A stretch of DNA of 64,000 nt from the human T2T-CHM13v2.0 reference genome, Homo sapiens. Under the pieces are notes generated by a model. It saw only the letters and a list, made by a program, of their open reading frames with translations, made no database searches and had not been told where the DNA came from. Position numbers and translations under genes: made by a program. Each line of letters opens with the position of its first letter. Positions within the stretch are counted from its first letter, which is position 1. This document shows positions 1-12,540 of this stretch, piece after piece. The DNA is taken from assembly GCF_009914755.1 (NCBI RefSeq), contig NC_060931.1. One strand, 5' to 3'.

Positions 1-258
<258 letters not shown>

Positions 259-968
259 TAAAGTTGTTTGCAATTATTTCACCTTAAAAGGAAAGGAAAA
301 CAATAGTAGGCATCAGCTTGCATGCTGGAAATTTTCATACAGAATAATATTATGATGACCTTCCCATGAAAGAGAGAAAGAGAGAAATATATATAAAGTG
401 ATATATGTATAATGATTTCTATACTTAGATTTAGGGAGTAGACATGTTTTATTCTAATAGCAAAATAATTAAAGATACTGTTATACTGGTCTTTAACTGG
501 CCCAGCCAGAAAACTTTTTATTTACTAAACTCATCTTCTCAATGAAACAAAACAACTGGGCCAACAGAAATAATTTGCTACTCAACTCGCTCCTAGATGT
601 TCAGAAAAAAATGAGTCAATTAAAAACAGAATTGTATTTGGAAAGGATAGTGATGGACCTGAATTGTGATTCTGGTCTGCTCTGATGGACAAAAGTCATG
701 GGGCAGGAACAGCGGTAGAGAGGGAAGGTGAAGCACCCATTGTTCAAAAACTGGGGCTGCTAGCTTTGTAATACAATATTGTAATGTCCCCTTTAGGCCC
801 AACCCCACCTTCTCTGATCTCCCCAGGACAGAAAAAGATAAGAACTTTGCATCTATTGTTAGATTTATTCATCCTGAGAGATAGAATGCCTAGGCCATAA
901 CATAACCTATATTAGGATCATGGGTGACAGATGGGTTTCTGGTAGTTGTTGGCACTGCCTTGTTTACT

Positions 969-994
969 CTGTGTGTGTGTTTGTGTGTGTGTGT
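969..994. repeat. (TG)n microsatellite, interrupted
   Basis: tgtgtgtgtgtttgtgtgtgtgtgta. Confidence 0.85.
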
Positions 995-2654
995 ACACCT
1001 TTCTCCCTTTATATATCATGTATCAAGATTATTGGATTTGATCAAATACATGGTTAGACCAGGAAAGATTTGAATACACTTATAAACTTGACTTAAACAA
1101 ATTCCAAATCCATTTAACAGCAATGGAAGATGAAATTCTTCCACTTTTTACTTTGTTCATGTCAATTCAGAGACACCACTGGTTATTAAGACTTCCTCCT
1201 ATGACTCACATCATCAAAGCTACATATTCACACACATTTTTCAAAGGGAAAATAACCCACACTTTATTTCTGTAAAGTTCAATGGATAACAGTAATCTGT
1301 GCAAGAATAAATGCCTCACAAGCTTGGATTATGTGAAAACCTCTTAAATCTACATCCCTTGAGAAAAAAAAAAAGTACAGCACTCTCAGATGCATTACAT
1401 GGACCTTGCTTCTTCATTTTTGACTTTCATTAGGAAATCGTCTCTTCCATTTGCCCCCAAATGCAAATGCTTCTTCAAAAACATTTTAAAATGTTCAATC
1501 ACATAAAACAGAAAGCAGCCTTCATGATTAGAAACTTACAAGGTTTCAGATGTTATTTCTTTAATCCAATTCATCAAATCTTAAATAGGTCCAAAATTCA
1601 TATACAGTCCTAATAAGCTTTGAAAAGAATAGTCCTCGCTTCAAACAGAACAGTACTATTAATATACAACTGGTTAAGTTTAAACCAGTAAATCATAATG
1701 AAGCAAAAGTAGGTTTTGAGGAAACTGCCTTAAGCCTCCATGACTTTACAATTCCATATTGAGCACTAATAATAAATCCCAATTCATATGTGTGACTACA
1801 TAAATATTCATGCAGAGTTAAATGTGCACCTATAAATGTACACGATACATATGCAGATGTAAATGCATTTTATGATTTCAGCTTATGAAAATGTCTTATC
1901 TGTTGGTTTTGGAGAAACTATCACTTTGATATCCATTAGATGTAATATATGAGTTTATCATTGTATCACCATCATGTTATAATGCCATTGTCTGAGATTT
2001 ATCTATTAAACAACTCAGAAGTATGTAAATGCTCTTAAAATGAAAAGAAAATTGTGAAGCTATTAAATCATGGTCAATAAAATATTTCTATGCCAGTCAT
2101 TATCTAATCATCTGACTCCATCAAGTCTTAACTGCAATGATTTCCAAACCCACTTAAGTACTTTTGCCTCTTCCTCTGCATCCTTGTTATAAGAATGGTA
2201 AATTGCTTAGATTAGTTGACTGCTGCTGTAAGGCCAAGCAACAGCCAAGTTTGAAACCAAACCAATGATTATGTCTATAAAGTTACCCTAATTAACAAGG
2301 AAGCAATCCTAAGCATTAAATGGTTAAGCTTTAGTATTACCTGAGTTCTGCTATTTACTCAACTTAGGAAGTCAGAACCACGGAATTAAACATTTGTATT
2401 TTGATACAGTTTCTTCCATAAAAATCATCACAAAATTTTAGGAGAAACACTCCTAAAAAGCTTTTTCTTATTGCATAAGATTAAGGAAACCATTTGATTC
2501 AAAGGCTCAATGCTGATAAGCTTTAGCAGATAATAATAAACTCTCTAAAGAAATTATTTGATTCATACTAATTTGTATTGGTCTTATAAATGGCAGGATA
2601 TGGATGGTTGTGGGATGGAAGTAGCCTAGACTAGCCAACAGGGAAACTGTTAAG

Positions 2655-5075
2655 TGTATAAGGGAATGCATATGTTAAATAGCTTGATTTAGTCACCCCA
2701 CAATGTATACAGGCATAGCTCAGAGATGTCACAGGTTCTATTTCAGACCACTGCAATTAAGTGAATATTGCAATAAAGTGAGTCATGTGAACTTTTTTAT
2801 TTCCTAGTGCATATAAAAGTAATGTTTAGGCTATATTGTATTCCACTGAGTATGCAACAGCACTGTATCAAAAAATGTACACACATTAACTCTAAAATAT
2901 TTTATTGCTAAAAATGCAAAGAATCATCTGAACCTTCAGAAAAGCATAATATTTTTGCTGGTGGAGGGTCTTGCCCCAATGTTGATGGCTGCTGACTGAT
3001 CAGGGTGGTGGTTGCTGATAAATGGAGTGGCTGTGGCAATTTTGTAAAATAAAACAACAATAAAGCTTACTTCATTGACTGACTCTTCCTTTCACAAGAA
3101 ATTTCTTGGTAGCATGTGATGCTGTTACAGCATTTTACCCACAGTAAAAGTTCTTTCAAAATTGGAATCACTCCTTTCAGACCCTGCCACTGCTTCATCA
3201 ACTAAGTTTATGTAATATTCTAAATCCTTTGTTATTTCAACAATGTTCACAGCATCTTCACCAGGAGTAGATTCCACCTCAAGAAATTACTTTCTTTGCT
3301 CATCCATAAGAAATAACTCTTCATCCATTCAAGTTTTATGAGATTGAAGCAATTCAGTCACATCATCAAATTCCACTTCTAATTCTAGTTCTCTTCTTAT
3401 TTCCACCACATCTGCAGTTATTTCCTCTACTACAGTCTTGAACCCCTCAAAGCCATCCCTAAGGGTTGGCATCAACTTCTTCCAAACTTCCTGTTAATGT
3501 TGCTATTTTTACCTCCTCCCATGAATCACAAATGTTCTTACTGGCATTTAGAATGATGAATTTTTTCCAGGAGTCTTCATTTACTTTGCCCGGATACATA
3601 CAGGTATCACCATCTAGGAAACCTATAACCTTAAAAAAATGTATTTCCTAAATAATGAGACTTGAGAGGTTAAGTTACTCCTTGATCCATGGGCTGCAGA
3701 ATGGATGTTGTGTTAGTTGTCATAAAAACATTAATTTCCTTGTGTATGTCCATCTGAGCCCTTGGAAGACTAGGTGTGTTCTCAATGAGCAGTACTATCT
3801 TGAAAGGAATCTTTTTTTTTTCTGAGCAGCAGGTCTTAAGAGTGAGCATAAAATATTCATTAAACCATGCTATAAAGACATGTACTGTAATCCAAGTTTT
3901 ATTCTAATTATAGGGCATAAGCAGAGTAGATTTAACATACTTCTTAAGGGCCCTAGGGTTTTCAAGATGGTAAATGAGCATTGGCTTCCACTTAAAGTCA
4001 TCAGCTGCACTAGCACCTAACAGGAGGGTCAGCCTGTCCTGTGAAGCCAGCATTGACTTCTCCTCCCTAGCTATCAAAGTCCTAGACAACATCTTCCAAT
4101 AGAAGGCTGCTTTGTCTACATTGAAAACCTCTTGTTTAACATAGCCACCTTCATCAATGCTCTTCACTAAATCTCCTAGATAAGTTGCTTCAGCTTCTAC
4201 ATTAGCACCTTCTGCTTTACCTGGCATTTCTGGTTATGGAAACAGCTTCTTTCCTGAAACCTCAGATTCTTTTTCTGCAGCTTCTTCACCTCTCTCCCTT
4301 CCTTTATAAAATTGAGGAGAGTCAGGGCCTTGCTCTGGATTAGGTTTTGGCTTATGGGAATGTTGTGGCTGGTTTGATCTTCTATCCAAACCACAAAAAC
4401 TTTCTCTATATCAGCAGTAAGGCTGTTTTGCTTTCTTATCATTCATGTGTTCACTGGAGTAGCATTTTCAATTCCCTTCAAGAACTTTCCAGTTGCATTC
4501 ACAATTTGGCTGTTTGGCATAAGAGGCTTAGCTTTCAGTCTGTCTCAGCTTTCGACCTGCTTTCCTCACCAAGCTTCATCATTTCTAGCTTTTAATTGAA
4601 AGACAGAGGTATGAATCTTCCTTCCACTTGATAACATAGGGACCACTGTAGGGTTATTAATTGACCTAATTCCAATATTGTTGTGTCTCAGGGCATAGGG
4701 AGGTCCAAAGAGAGGGACAGAGATGAGGGAATGCCTGGTCAGTGTAGCAGTAAGAAAATATATAACATTTTTCAATCAAGTTCACTGTCTAAACAATCAC
4801 AATAGTAACATCAAAGATCACCATAACAGATATAATAATAGTAAAAATAATTTGAAATATCGGGAAAATTACCAAAATGTGACACAGAGATACTAAGTGA
4901 ACACACGCTGTTGGAAAAATGTCACCAATAGACTTGCTCAATGTAGGGTTGCCACAAAATTTCAATTTGTAAAAAAAAAAAAAAAAAAAAAAAACACTAT
5001 CTGTAAAGTACAATAAAGTGAGGTGAGCCTGTACATATAAACATCATGTTGTACATCATAAACACACAATTTTTA
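2655..5075 (+). mobile_element. Short old L1M 3'-end fragment split by Tigger1 (pieces ~2655-2709 and ~5032-5075)
   Basis: Left piece (atatgttaaatagcttgatttagtcaccccacaatgtata) rejoins right piece (catataaacatcatgttgtacatcataaa) to give a typical L1MA/MB 3' end. Confidence 0.6.
2710..5031 (-). mobile_element. Tigger1 DNA transposon (TcMar-Tigger), near full length, transposase disrupted
   Basis: Degenerate TIRs CAGGCATAGCTC / GAGGTGAGCCTG; TA duplication at 2708-2709 and 5032-5033; minus-strand ORF pieces 4197-4442 (MIRKQNSLTADIEKVFVVWIEDQTSHNIPISQ, CENP-B-type HTH) and 3904-4227 (QEVFNVDKAAFYWK...DRLTLLLGASAADDFK, pogo/Tigger catalytic region). Confidence 0.93.
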
Positions 5076-5159
5076 GAGATCCAGACCAGTTTATATATAC
5101 AGGGACTGGGTGGTAACAATGTTAAAAACAAATAACCAAAGAATAGGAGGGAAATAATA

Positions 5160-5408
5160 ATAACAATGGTAAAAACATGTTGAACTCTATCCTTGCATTA
5201 GGCTTTGCTAACTGCCTTAAACATATCCTATTTTATGTTCGTCAGTGTTTCACTCATTCAAATATATTCATATACATCTCACTGAATATAAAGTAGATAA
5301 GGAAACTGAAGCCCAGAAAGTTACTCCAGATTTCACAATCACTGAATTGTTGATAGGGGCTTCAATTAAAGGTCAGTCTTATGAATGCACTTAACTATTA
5401 CACTACAA
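5160..5408 (-). mobile_element. MIR SINE, degenerate
   Basis: Core motif agataaggaaactgaagcccagaaagttac...cttaactattacactac. Confidence 0.55.
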
Positions 5409-6903
5409 TGGTAGCCACCTTCATCAAGGAACTTAGCTGAATCTTCTAGGAGGGCTATGAGTCCATGAGGAGAACTAATATCCATTTATAAGAGATTAGT
5501 TAAAATGGAGGTTGTCGGCAGGTTTTGAGTTTGGACAGGTGGTTTGGACTCCCAGTATAGAGACCAAATAGCAACAGGAGCACAGGCAGCAATAAGATCC
5601 GGGTGTATAAGGCAAAAGTCCAAAGATTTATTCAAGGCAGAAAGACCCAGGAGGAAATAGCTTTTGGGTATAAATCAGGTAACATTTTGAAATTCAAGCC
5701 ACACATCAGAAACAGGTATCACAAAGAAAGCATTTCAAGATCTGCAACAAGGCCTTCAATCCCTTTGCCGTATTTATAAGACACCAATCTGCACTAATAA
5801 GTGTGCACAATTCTGTGGAGGTAGAGACAGGGTCTGCAGGTCACTGTAGCCGAATAACAGGTCCCTAGGCTGAGTAGTGCTCATGCTTCTAAAATTTCCA
5901 CTTCCAAGTTCCAAATGCTATGCTTTCCCCTTTTCCAATTACCACTATCTTCATCCCCATACATGTCTATTAGGAAAAAACAACAATAAGACATCTACTT
6001 AGTTCAGTCATCTGGGAAATGCTGTGGATAATACAGTACTGTGGGTCAAATAACACATTCAAGAACCAGTCAATTTGGTGAAAAAAGAAAAATCAAATTG
6101 CTTATTTTGCATCATGCAGAGCAAAAAAATTACTATTTGAATGTTGTGCTTTTCAAATAGTTGTACTGATGTTGAGTAGACACAATCATATTCACCAGGC
6201 ATCTCTACACTGTCACTTTGGTATATTATTTTTTACACTGCCTTTTCTCTTCTCGGAATCAAATTTAGTTATCCTTTGGGGATGCTTAATTCCTTAATGT
6301 CAATCACCTTTTTTTTTTAACTAAGCAAGCAGGTTCTTTATTTTTTCAACTAAATTCTTTAATCAGCTTTTGTTCAGAAACTGTTTATTTCTATCTGCAT
6401 TACAAATGCTAGATTTAACCAATCTATCAAACCAGGATAATACAAGGAAGGATATTGTCAGTTCATCCTTTCCTCTTAGGAACAAAGATGCCGTATTTTG
6501 TGCTTTAAAAGAAAAGAAATAATAGGATTAGACTAAGATTGAGGACAAGAGGATGTCAAACCAAAGAAAAGCATGTGGTCCTTCTAAAGCTCTCCCAACT
6601 AGTATGGGGAATTGTAATCCATTCATGCTAAGTGCTTTGACTATGCTCATTATGCAAAAACCATTAGAGCCTAGTATATTTAGTTACCATAGTTCTGCCT
6701 ACTGGGAACTATAATTAAAGCACATTTGAGCAAATGCAATTTTATTTGTTATTAAGCAACTAAAAGCTTAGTCAACCTTGCAAATATGGCATTATCTTAA
6801 GATTACAATATGAGCCAGACAGCTATCCAATAAACTTTATTAGGTCCTATCTTTATTAGCTATGTCTTGTATTCCTATTGCAGGAGCATTGTATGCTGTA
6901 CAA

Positions 6904-7100
6904 CAGTGGTCTTAATAGTTCTAATAGTTTAGGATGCACCAGAAACACCTGGAAAAGCTTGTAAAAACACATTACTGGGCCCCACTCTCAGAGTTTCTCA
7001 TACCTTAGGTCTGCAGTAGGGCCCCAAAATTTGCATTTCTAACACATCCCCAGAGGATGCTGATGCTGCTGGTCTGCAGACCACACTTTACAAACCATTG
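6904..7100. mobile_element. MER5A hAT-Charlie MITE
   Basis: cagtggt...gcaccagaaacacctgg...gggccccactctcagagtttct...tttgcatttctaac...gatgctgatgctgctggtctg...accacacttt...ccattg. Confidence 0.85.
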
Positions 7101-7104
7101 CTTT

Positions 7105-7360
7105 GCTGTATAAAATAGTGGTTAGAGCTTTGGAGTGAAACCCACCTGGGCTCATGTACTTGCTCTTCTACTAATACATACATGTCCTTGGACAGGTTAC
7201 TTCATGTCTCCAAGCCTGTATCTTAATCCATATAGTAGGGATAATAACATCTATCCAATAGGTTGGTTGGGATAATTAAATAAGATTAAAAGTATAGAAA
7301 GTGCTTAGCCCAGGTCCTGGCAAGAGAGAAACCAATGAATGTCAGTGATAAGTTTATTAT
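7105..7360 (+). mobile_element. MIR SINE
   Basis: atagtggttagagctttggag...gtccttggacaggttactt...aagtgcttagcccaggtcctggca. Confidence 0.75.
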
Positions 7361-7579
7361 TGTTGTTAATTTTAAAAATATGCCAAGATCTAGGTCAACA
7401 TATTTATAACCAATGGTGTGCATCAGACTCAACTGTAGGGCTTTTGTAAAATTCACACAGTGAGACACCATCCCCCTCAGAGATGTTGATGCAATCAATA
7501 TTTCATTGATTCTAAGATGCCATTGATCATAAGATACACCATTATTTTATGTATCACTAAGAAAGATAAGGCAGAAATT

Positions 7580-8292
7580 AACCCATGATTATTCTCAGTG
7601 AAATAAATGAAACATAGAAAAATACTGCATAATCTCTCTTATATGTGGAGTCTAAATAAAAAACGTCAACTATACAGAGAGAGTAGCAGTTAACTAGGAT
7701 GCACAGGTCCAGAAATATAATGAACAACATGAGGATTATGTAGGTTGAGTATCCCTAATCCAAAGATCTAAAATCCAAAATGCTCCAAAATCTGGAACTT
7801 TCTGAGCACAGACATGATGCTACACAGGTACCTGAGATAGTGGCAACACTGCCTTCTGATCATTCAACATACACAAACTTTGTTTCATGAACAAAATTAT
7901 TTAAGATATTGAATAAAAATTACTTTTAGGCTATATGTATACGGTGTAATAAAACATAAATTTTGTGTTTAGGCTTGGATCCCATCCCCCAGATATCTCA
8001 CTATGTATGTGTAAATATTCCAAAATACAGAAAAAGGCCCAAATCTGAAACACTTCTGGCCTCAAGTATTTTGGATAAAAGATACACAACCTGTAGTTAA
8101 TAAAATTGTATTGTATTGGGCATTTGCGTTAAATAAGTAGATTTAGTTGCCTGCTTTTGTCATCAAAAAAGTAACTCCATGAGATGATAGATATGTTAGT
8201 TTGCTTCACTATAGTAAACACCTTACTGTCTACATGTATCCCATAACATCACGTTGTAAGCCTCACATATGCACAAAATTTATCTTAAAAAA
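7580..8292 (+). mobile_element. Old L1M 3'-end fragment, split by Tigger4
   Basis: attattctcagtgaaataa...aaatactgcataatctctcttatatgtggagtcta; right piece gagatgatagatatgttagtttgctt...taacatcacgttgtaagcctc. Confidence 0.75.
7742..8093. mobile_element. Tigger4 (Zombi/MER46) non-autonomous DNA transposon
   Basis: TIRs aggttgagtatccctaatcc / ggataaaagatacacaacctg followed by TA; aaaatccaaaatgctccaaaatc and aaatctgaaacacttctgg motifs. Confidence 0.85.
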
Positions 8293-8455
8293 GTTTGATC
8301 AAACTAATGTAAAGCACATCCAGATTTCAAAAATGAGAAAATATGGGGAAAAAAGTACATACTGGAACTGATGAAATAAGGTAGCTGGAGATATAAGTGT
8401 GGGCTTGCTTCCCAGGTTATTGTGATGTGCAATTCTGATTAAAAACCACTAACTT

Positions 8456-8742
8456 GGCTGGCCACAGTGGCTCACACCTATAATTAATCCCAGCACTTTG
8501 GGAGGCTAGATGGGCAGATCACGAGGTCAGGAGATTGAGACCATCCTGGCTAACACGGTGAAATCCTGTCTCTACTAAAAATATTTTAAAAAATTGGCCA
8601 GTCATGGTGGCAGGCACCTGTAGTCCCAGCTTCTCAGGAGGCTGAGGCAGGAGAATGTCGTGAACTCGGGAGGCGGAGCTTGCAGTGAGCCAAAATCGCG
8701 CCACTGCGCTCCAGCCTGGGTGACAGAGCGAGACTCTTGTCT

Positions 8743-8773
<31 letters not shown>
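8456..8773 (+). mobile_element. AluY-like SINE, full length, long A tail
   Basis: Diagnostic accatcctggctaacacggtg and ggcggagcttgcagtgagc; ~30 A tail; TSD AAAAACCACTAACTT at 8441-8455 and 8769-8783. Confidence 0.95.
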
Positions 8774-8775
<2 letters not shown>

Positions 8776-10118
8776 ACTAACTTAGTCAATGTGACAGCTG
8801 CAAGTGGGACTCAAAGTTCAGATGCCTCAAAGCTGAGAGGGCTCATAGGTTGGAATCCCCATTCTTAGAACAAGAATATAACCCAATATCATAATCAACC
8901 ACCTAATTCCATAGACTGTTTATGAAACAAAAAATATTTCCTCTTGGTGTAAGAGCACCCAACCTCTAAACTTAGAAGAAGACTTCTCCCACTGAATAGC
9001 ACTTACCCGCATGAACTGGTCATGTTCATGACCAGAACACATCAGTCAATCAGATCAAAGGAGAGTATAGCACAGTTAGAAGGAAGGTGTCAAGCTGTTA
9101 GACCAAGATAGGTTTTTCTTCTTAAACATGAATTCCAATCTTGAGATTTGAGGATTATTTAGGGAGACAAAACATGATTTACATTTCAGGGAGAAGGGAG
9201 GATGATGAAGGTCACATATGTTACCAGGACGTGGCCCTAGTAGGCTTCTATTTTCCGTCTTGAGTTTTAAATTGCAGTTTGTAATTTGTTTCAAAACAAA
9301 GAAAGTAGATTTTGTATAATCTGTTTGTCTTATCAAGTTTATGGCCACTCCCATTTGCCTTCACTCTGGGAATCTTGGATGAAGGTGGGGAAGGCATGGG
9401 CCTACCCTCAACTTTATGCTAACACTCCTGCCCATAGGAAATGCATTAATTCTGTAAGCCATCACAGAACAGGACAAGATCTTATGACAGTTTTATTTGG
9501 GAGCTCAGAATTTCTAATAACTTCAATAATTATCTCCGGTAGTCTCCATGCACATGAGTTAATTATAACAAGAAAATAAAATACTTATTTCAGCTTCTAA
9601 AAATTCTAAGAATGTAAATCTCTAATGAAGTGTTGAGATAATACATAGCTGTTTTTACAAACTTTCAACTAAGAAAATTTCATTTTAACTCCTGCCTACC
9701 TCATGACCACCCAGTCCTCTCTTTATTATTACTTATGTTAATATTAATTTAATTATTATTAATTTTCTAACCAGGGCTCAACCCAGATGGACAAACAAAC
9801 ATGAAATCAGGGACTGCCAAGGACATTTCTTCAAGGTCCAAATAGTTACAAATTGTAGTGATAATGAAGTTGAAAAACACATGGATATGGATGACTTTCT
9901 CATTTTCTCACTATACTGGAAACACACACATAAACTATCAATGAAATCTATACTTCAAAAAATATATTTTCAAACCTTAGATACCTCTTCTGGTCCTGGT
10001 CCATATTGAATTCCTTTCTAAAATCAGAAATTAAAGCTTTATCATAATACTCTTTTTAAAACTACGATGTTCTTAAATTTTTATGCTTCCAATTGGAGAA
10101 TGGAACATACAAAGTATT

Positions 10119-10463
<345 letters not shown>

Positions 10464-11964
10464 TTATGTTTCCAAAAGGATAACACTGATTTTATTAAAA
10501 TGTCTACATAATTTAAATGACTGCACATGTGGAATAAAATTTAATATAAAACTCAGTCACCTGAATAATGACAACTTAGAAACAGTCACACTGGTCATAG
10601 AGAGTATCTGTCGACTTGAATGAGAAGGAAGCAGCCATGTCTTTATAGGAAACTAGTTCCTGTTTTACTATAGAGATGACAGGGGGTTGGGGTTTTATTT
10701 TCATTATTTTTTTTTTTTTTACAGATTTTACCTTGATTTAGTTGCATAATGAATGCAACACCTATTTTCCACATAAGAAGATAAAGACTGATTTGAAATT
10801 TTTCAATTCTGTCCATCACTGTTGTATCCAACTGACTTATTAGCATACACCTTGCTGCAAGGGTTTTATTTTTACTGAGGGATTCTTCGTGTGCCTCCTC
10901 ATTTTCACCAAAATGTATATAAATCTCCTGAATTTTCATGACACTGATGTGGCTAAAAATTTTAAATATTTTCAGTTCTTTGAAAATACAAGAAAAACCT
11001 TCAGAAATAAGAATTAGCCATGGTTCAGAGGTTCTGATTTGTTTTAACAAAAACATCAATTATTTCAAGTTCTCTGCTGACTAGAAAATAGTGGATTTCA
11101 TTTGATATGGCAAAGCAACTTGTTATGTTTTGTGCTACCATAAAATGCATCACAATTTATAGTAATTACCTGAATATTCAGTTTGTTTCTGGTACCCTCC
11201 TCTCAGTCCTACGTGTCTGTTAGAGAATCAAAGGGTACTGCTTGTCTAAGAAATATGCTAAAGAGAGGACAACACAATATCTGGAGAAGGAAATAAGAAT
11301 CATCAAATGCCCTTTCCTTCTTTGATATAATTCCTAAGATTACAGAAATTGAAGATAACCTAGCACACATCACCTCCAAAGAGAACAGAAGAAGGTCTTT
11401 TAACTTAATCTTGTAGATAAAATGGATTACAGGAGCTGAGTGCCCAGACTGTGAGGCAGATCAGTAACAGTTTCAACAGCTATATTCAAACGGTGTTAAC
11501 TAGTGCATCAGCATCAACCTAGTTCTAAATCTCAGAATCATAGAATTCTTTTCTGGGTTCCATTTGTTTCACCATGTTACTCAATGTCCTGGAAGAAAAT
11601 AGAGCGGACATCATAAAATTTGTAGAAGGGAGAGTGGCCATGTGGATGACTGAATGGGGTTGGAAGCTGACAGGTTGGAGACAAGGACTATATCTTAAAT
11701 TAATAAAAATAAATTTTAAAGTACTTATAGAAATGAAGTATCCACAAATGAAAAGTAATAATAGAAATAAATTGAAAAGAAATAGAAGTAAATGTAAAAT
11801 GATGTGATTAAGTCCAAAAGGACAATTGTTTTGTACAGAATGGAGATGTGGCATAGTAGCAATACAGGCAACTAAGACTTAGAGATTTTAGTCTACAGAA
11901 AGGTTAATGTGAATCAACAGTAAATGGAATATTTTTGAGTGAATGAATAAATGTAATGTATTAT

Positions 11965-12058
11965 AGGAGGGGAGAGGAGGGAAGGAGAAAAAGAGTAGGG
12001 AAGCGGAGGGGAGGAAAAGACAGGAGAGGAGAGGAAGGAGAGGAAAAGGAGAAGAGAA
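11965..12058. repeat. GA-rich low-complexity tract
   Basis: Nearly pure purine run ggaggggagaggagggaagg...gaagagaa. Confidence 0.8.
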
Positions 12059-12369
12059 TCTGTATAAAAGGAAGCAAAAGCCCCACTTATCTCTATATAG
12101 CCTGGACAACCCATGAAGTACTGCAATACAAGCATGGAGAAACTGAGCACATTCAAGCATGACCTGAGATGTACAAACAATCAAATCAATAATATCCAAG
12201 AATTCCTCAAAGTACTTGAGCATATTTACCCTGGAGATCTGATCAGCATGCTCAAATATCCTAATAACTTCACTGGGAAAAAGAATTAGAGGTGTTGTGT
12301 TTGACCCCAGTGGTTACAAGTAGGACAGATGTATTAGACTCTCTAAGGGTACCTTGGTGTCAAAGTCCT

Positions 12370-12540
12370 CTAAGGACAGAATGGCTCAGCTTGGGAGCTA
12401 CTGATCACTCTCTCTCCTGAAGATGCTGAAACCCTGATTGGATGACCCTTGGTAAGACTTTTGCAAAACCAAGTCAAGTGTTAGATAGGTGGCAGGATTA
12501 GATGATCTTTGAAAGTCCCTCCAAACCTTAAGATTCCAAT
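12370..12540 (+). mobile_element. L3/CR1 (or MIR3) 3'-end relic
   Basis: ctctcctgaagatgctgaa...ggatgaccc...ttagatgatctttgaaagtccctccaaaccttaagattc resembles the CR1/L3 terminus. Confidence 0.5.

Larger units (their letters stand above)
7497..8382 (-). mobile_element. MER104/Kanga-like TcMar-Tc2 element, split (pieces ~7497-7570 and ~8295-8382)
   Basis: Mutually inverted termini atatttcattgattctaagatg and catactggaactgatgaaataaggta; internal gcacatccagatttcaaaaatg. Confidence 0.6.
7410..8452. mobile_element. MER5-type hAT MITE, split (pieces ~7410-7495 and ~8383-8452)
   Basis: gtgtgcatcagactcaactg...ccccctcagagatgttgat on the left; ttcccaggttattgtgatgtgca...aaaaccact on the right. Confidence 0.55.

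Noticed and set aside
3904-4442. Domesticated Tigger gene (TIGD1-like)
   Set aside because: Frameshifted, stop-interrupted and still within TIRs.
10643-11059. 138-aa ORF as a protein-coding gene
   Set aside because: AT-rich, spans a homopolymer, no recognisable domain; the length is within chance expectation.
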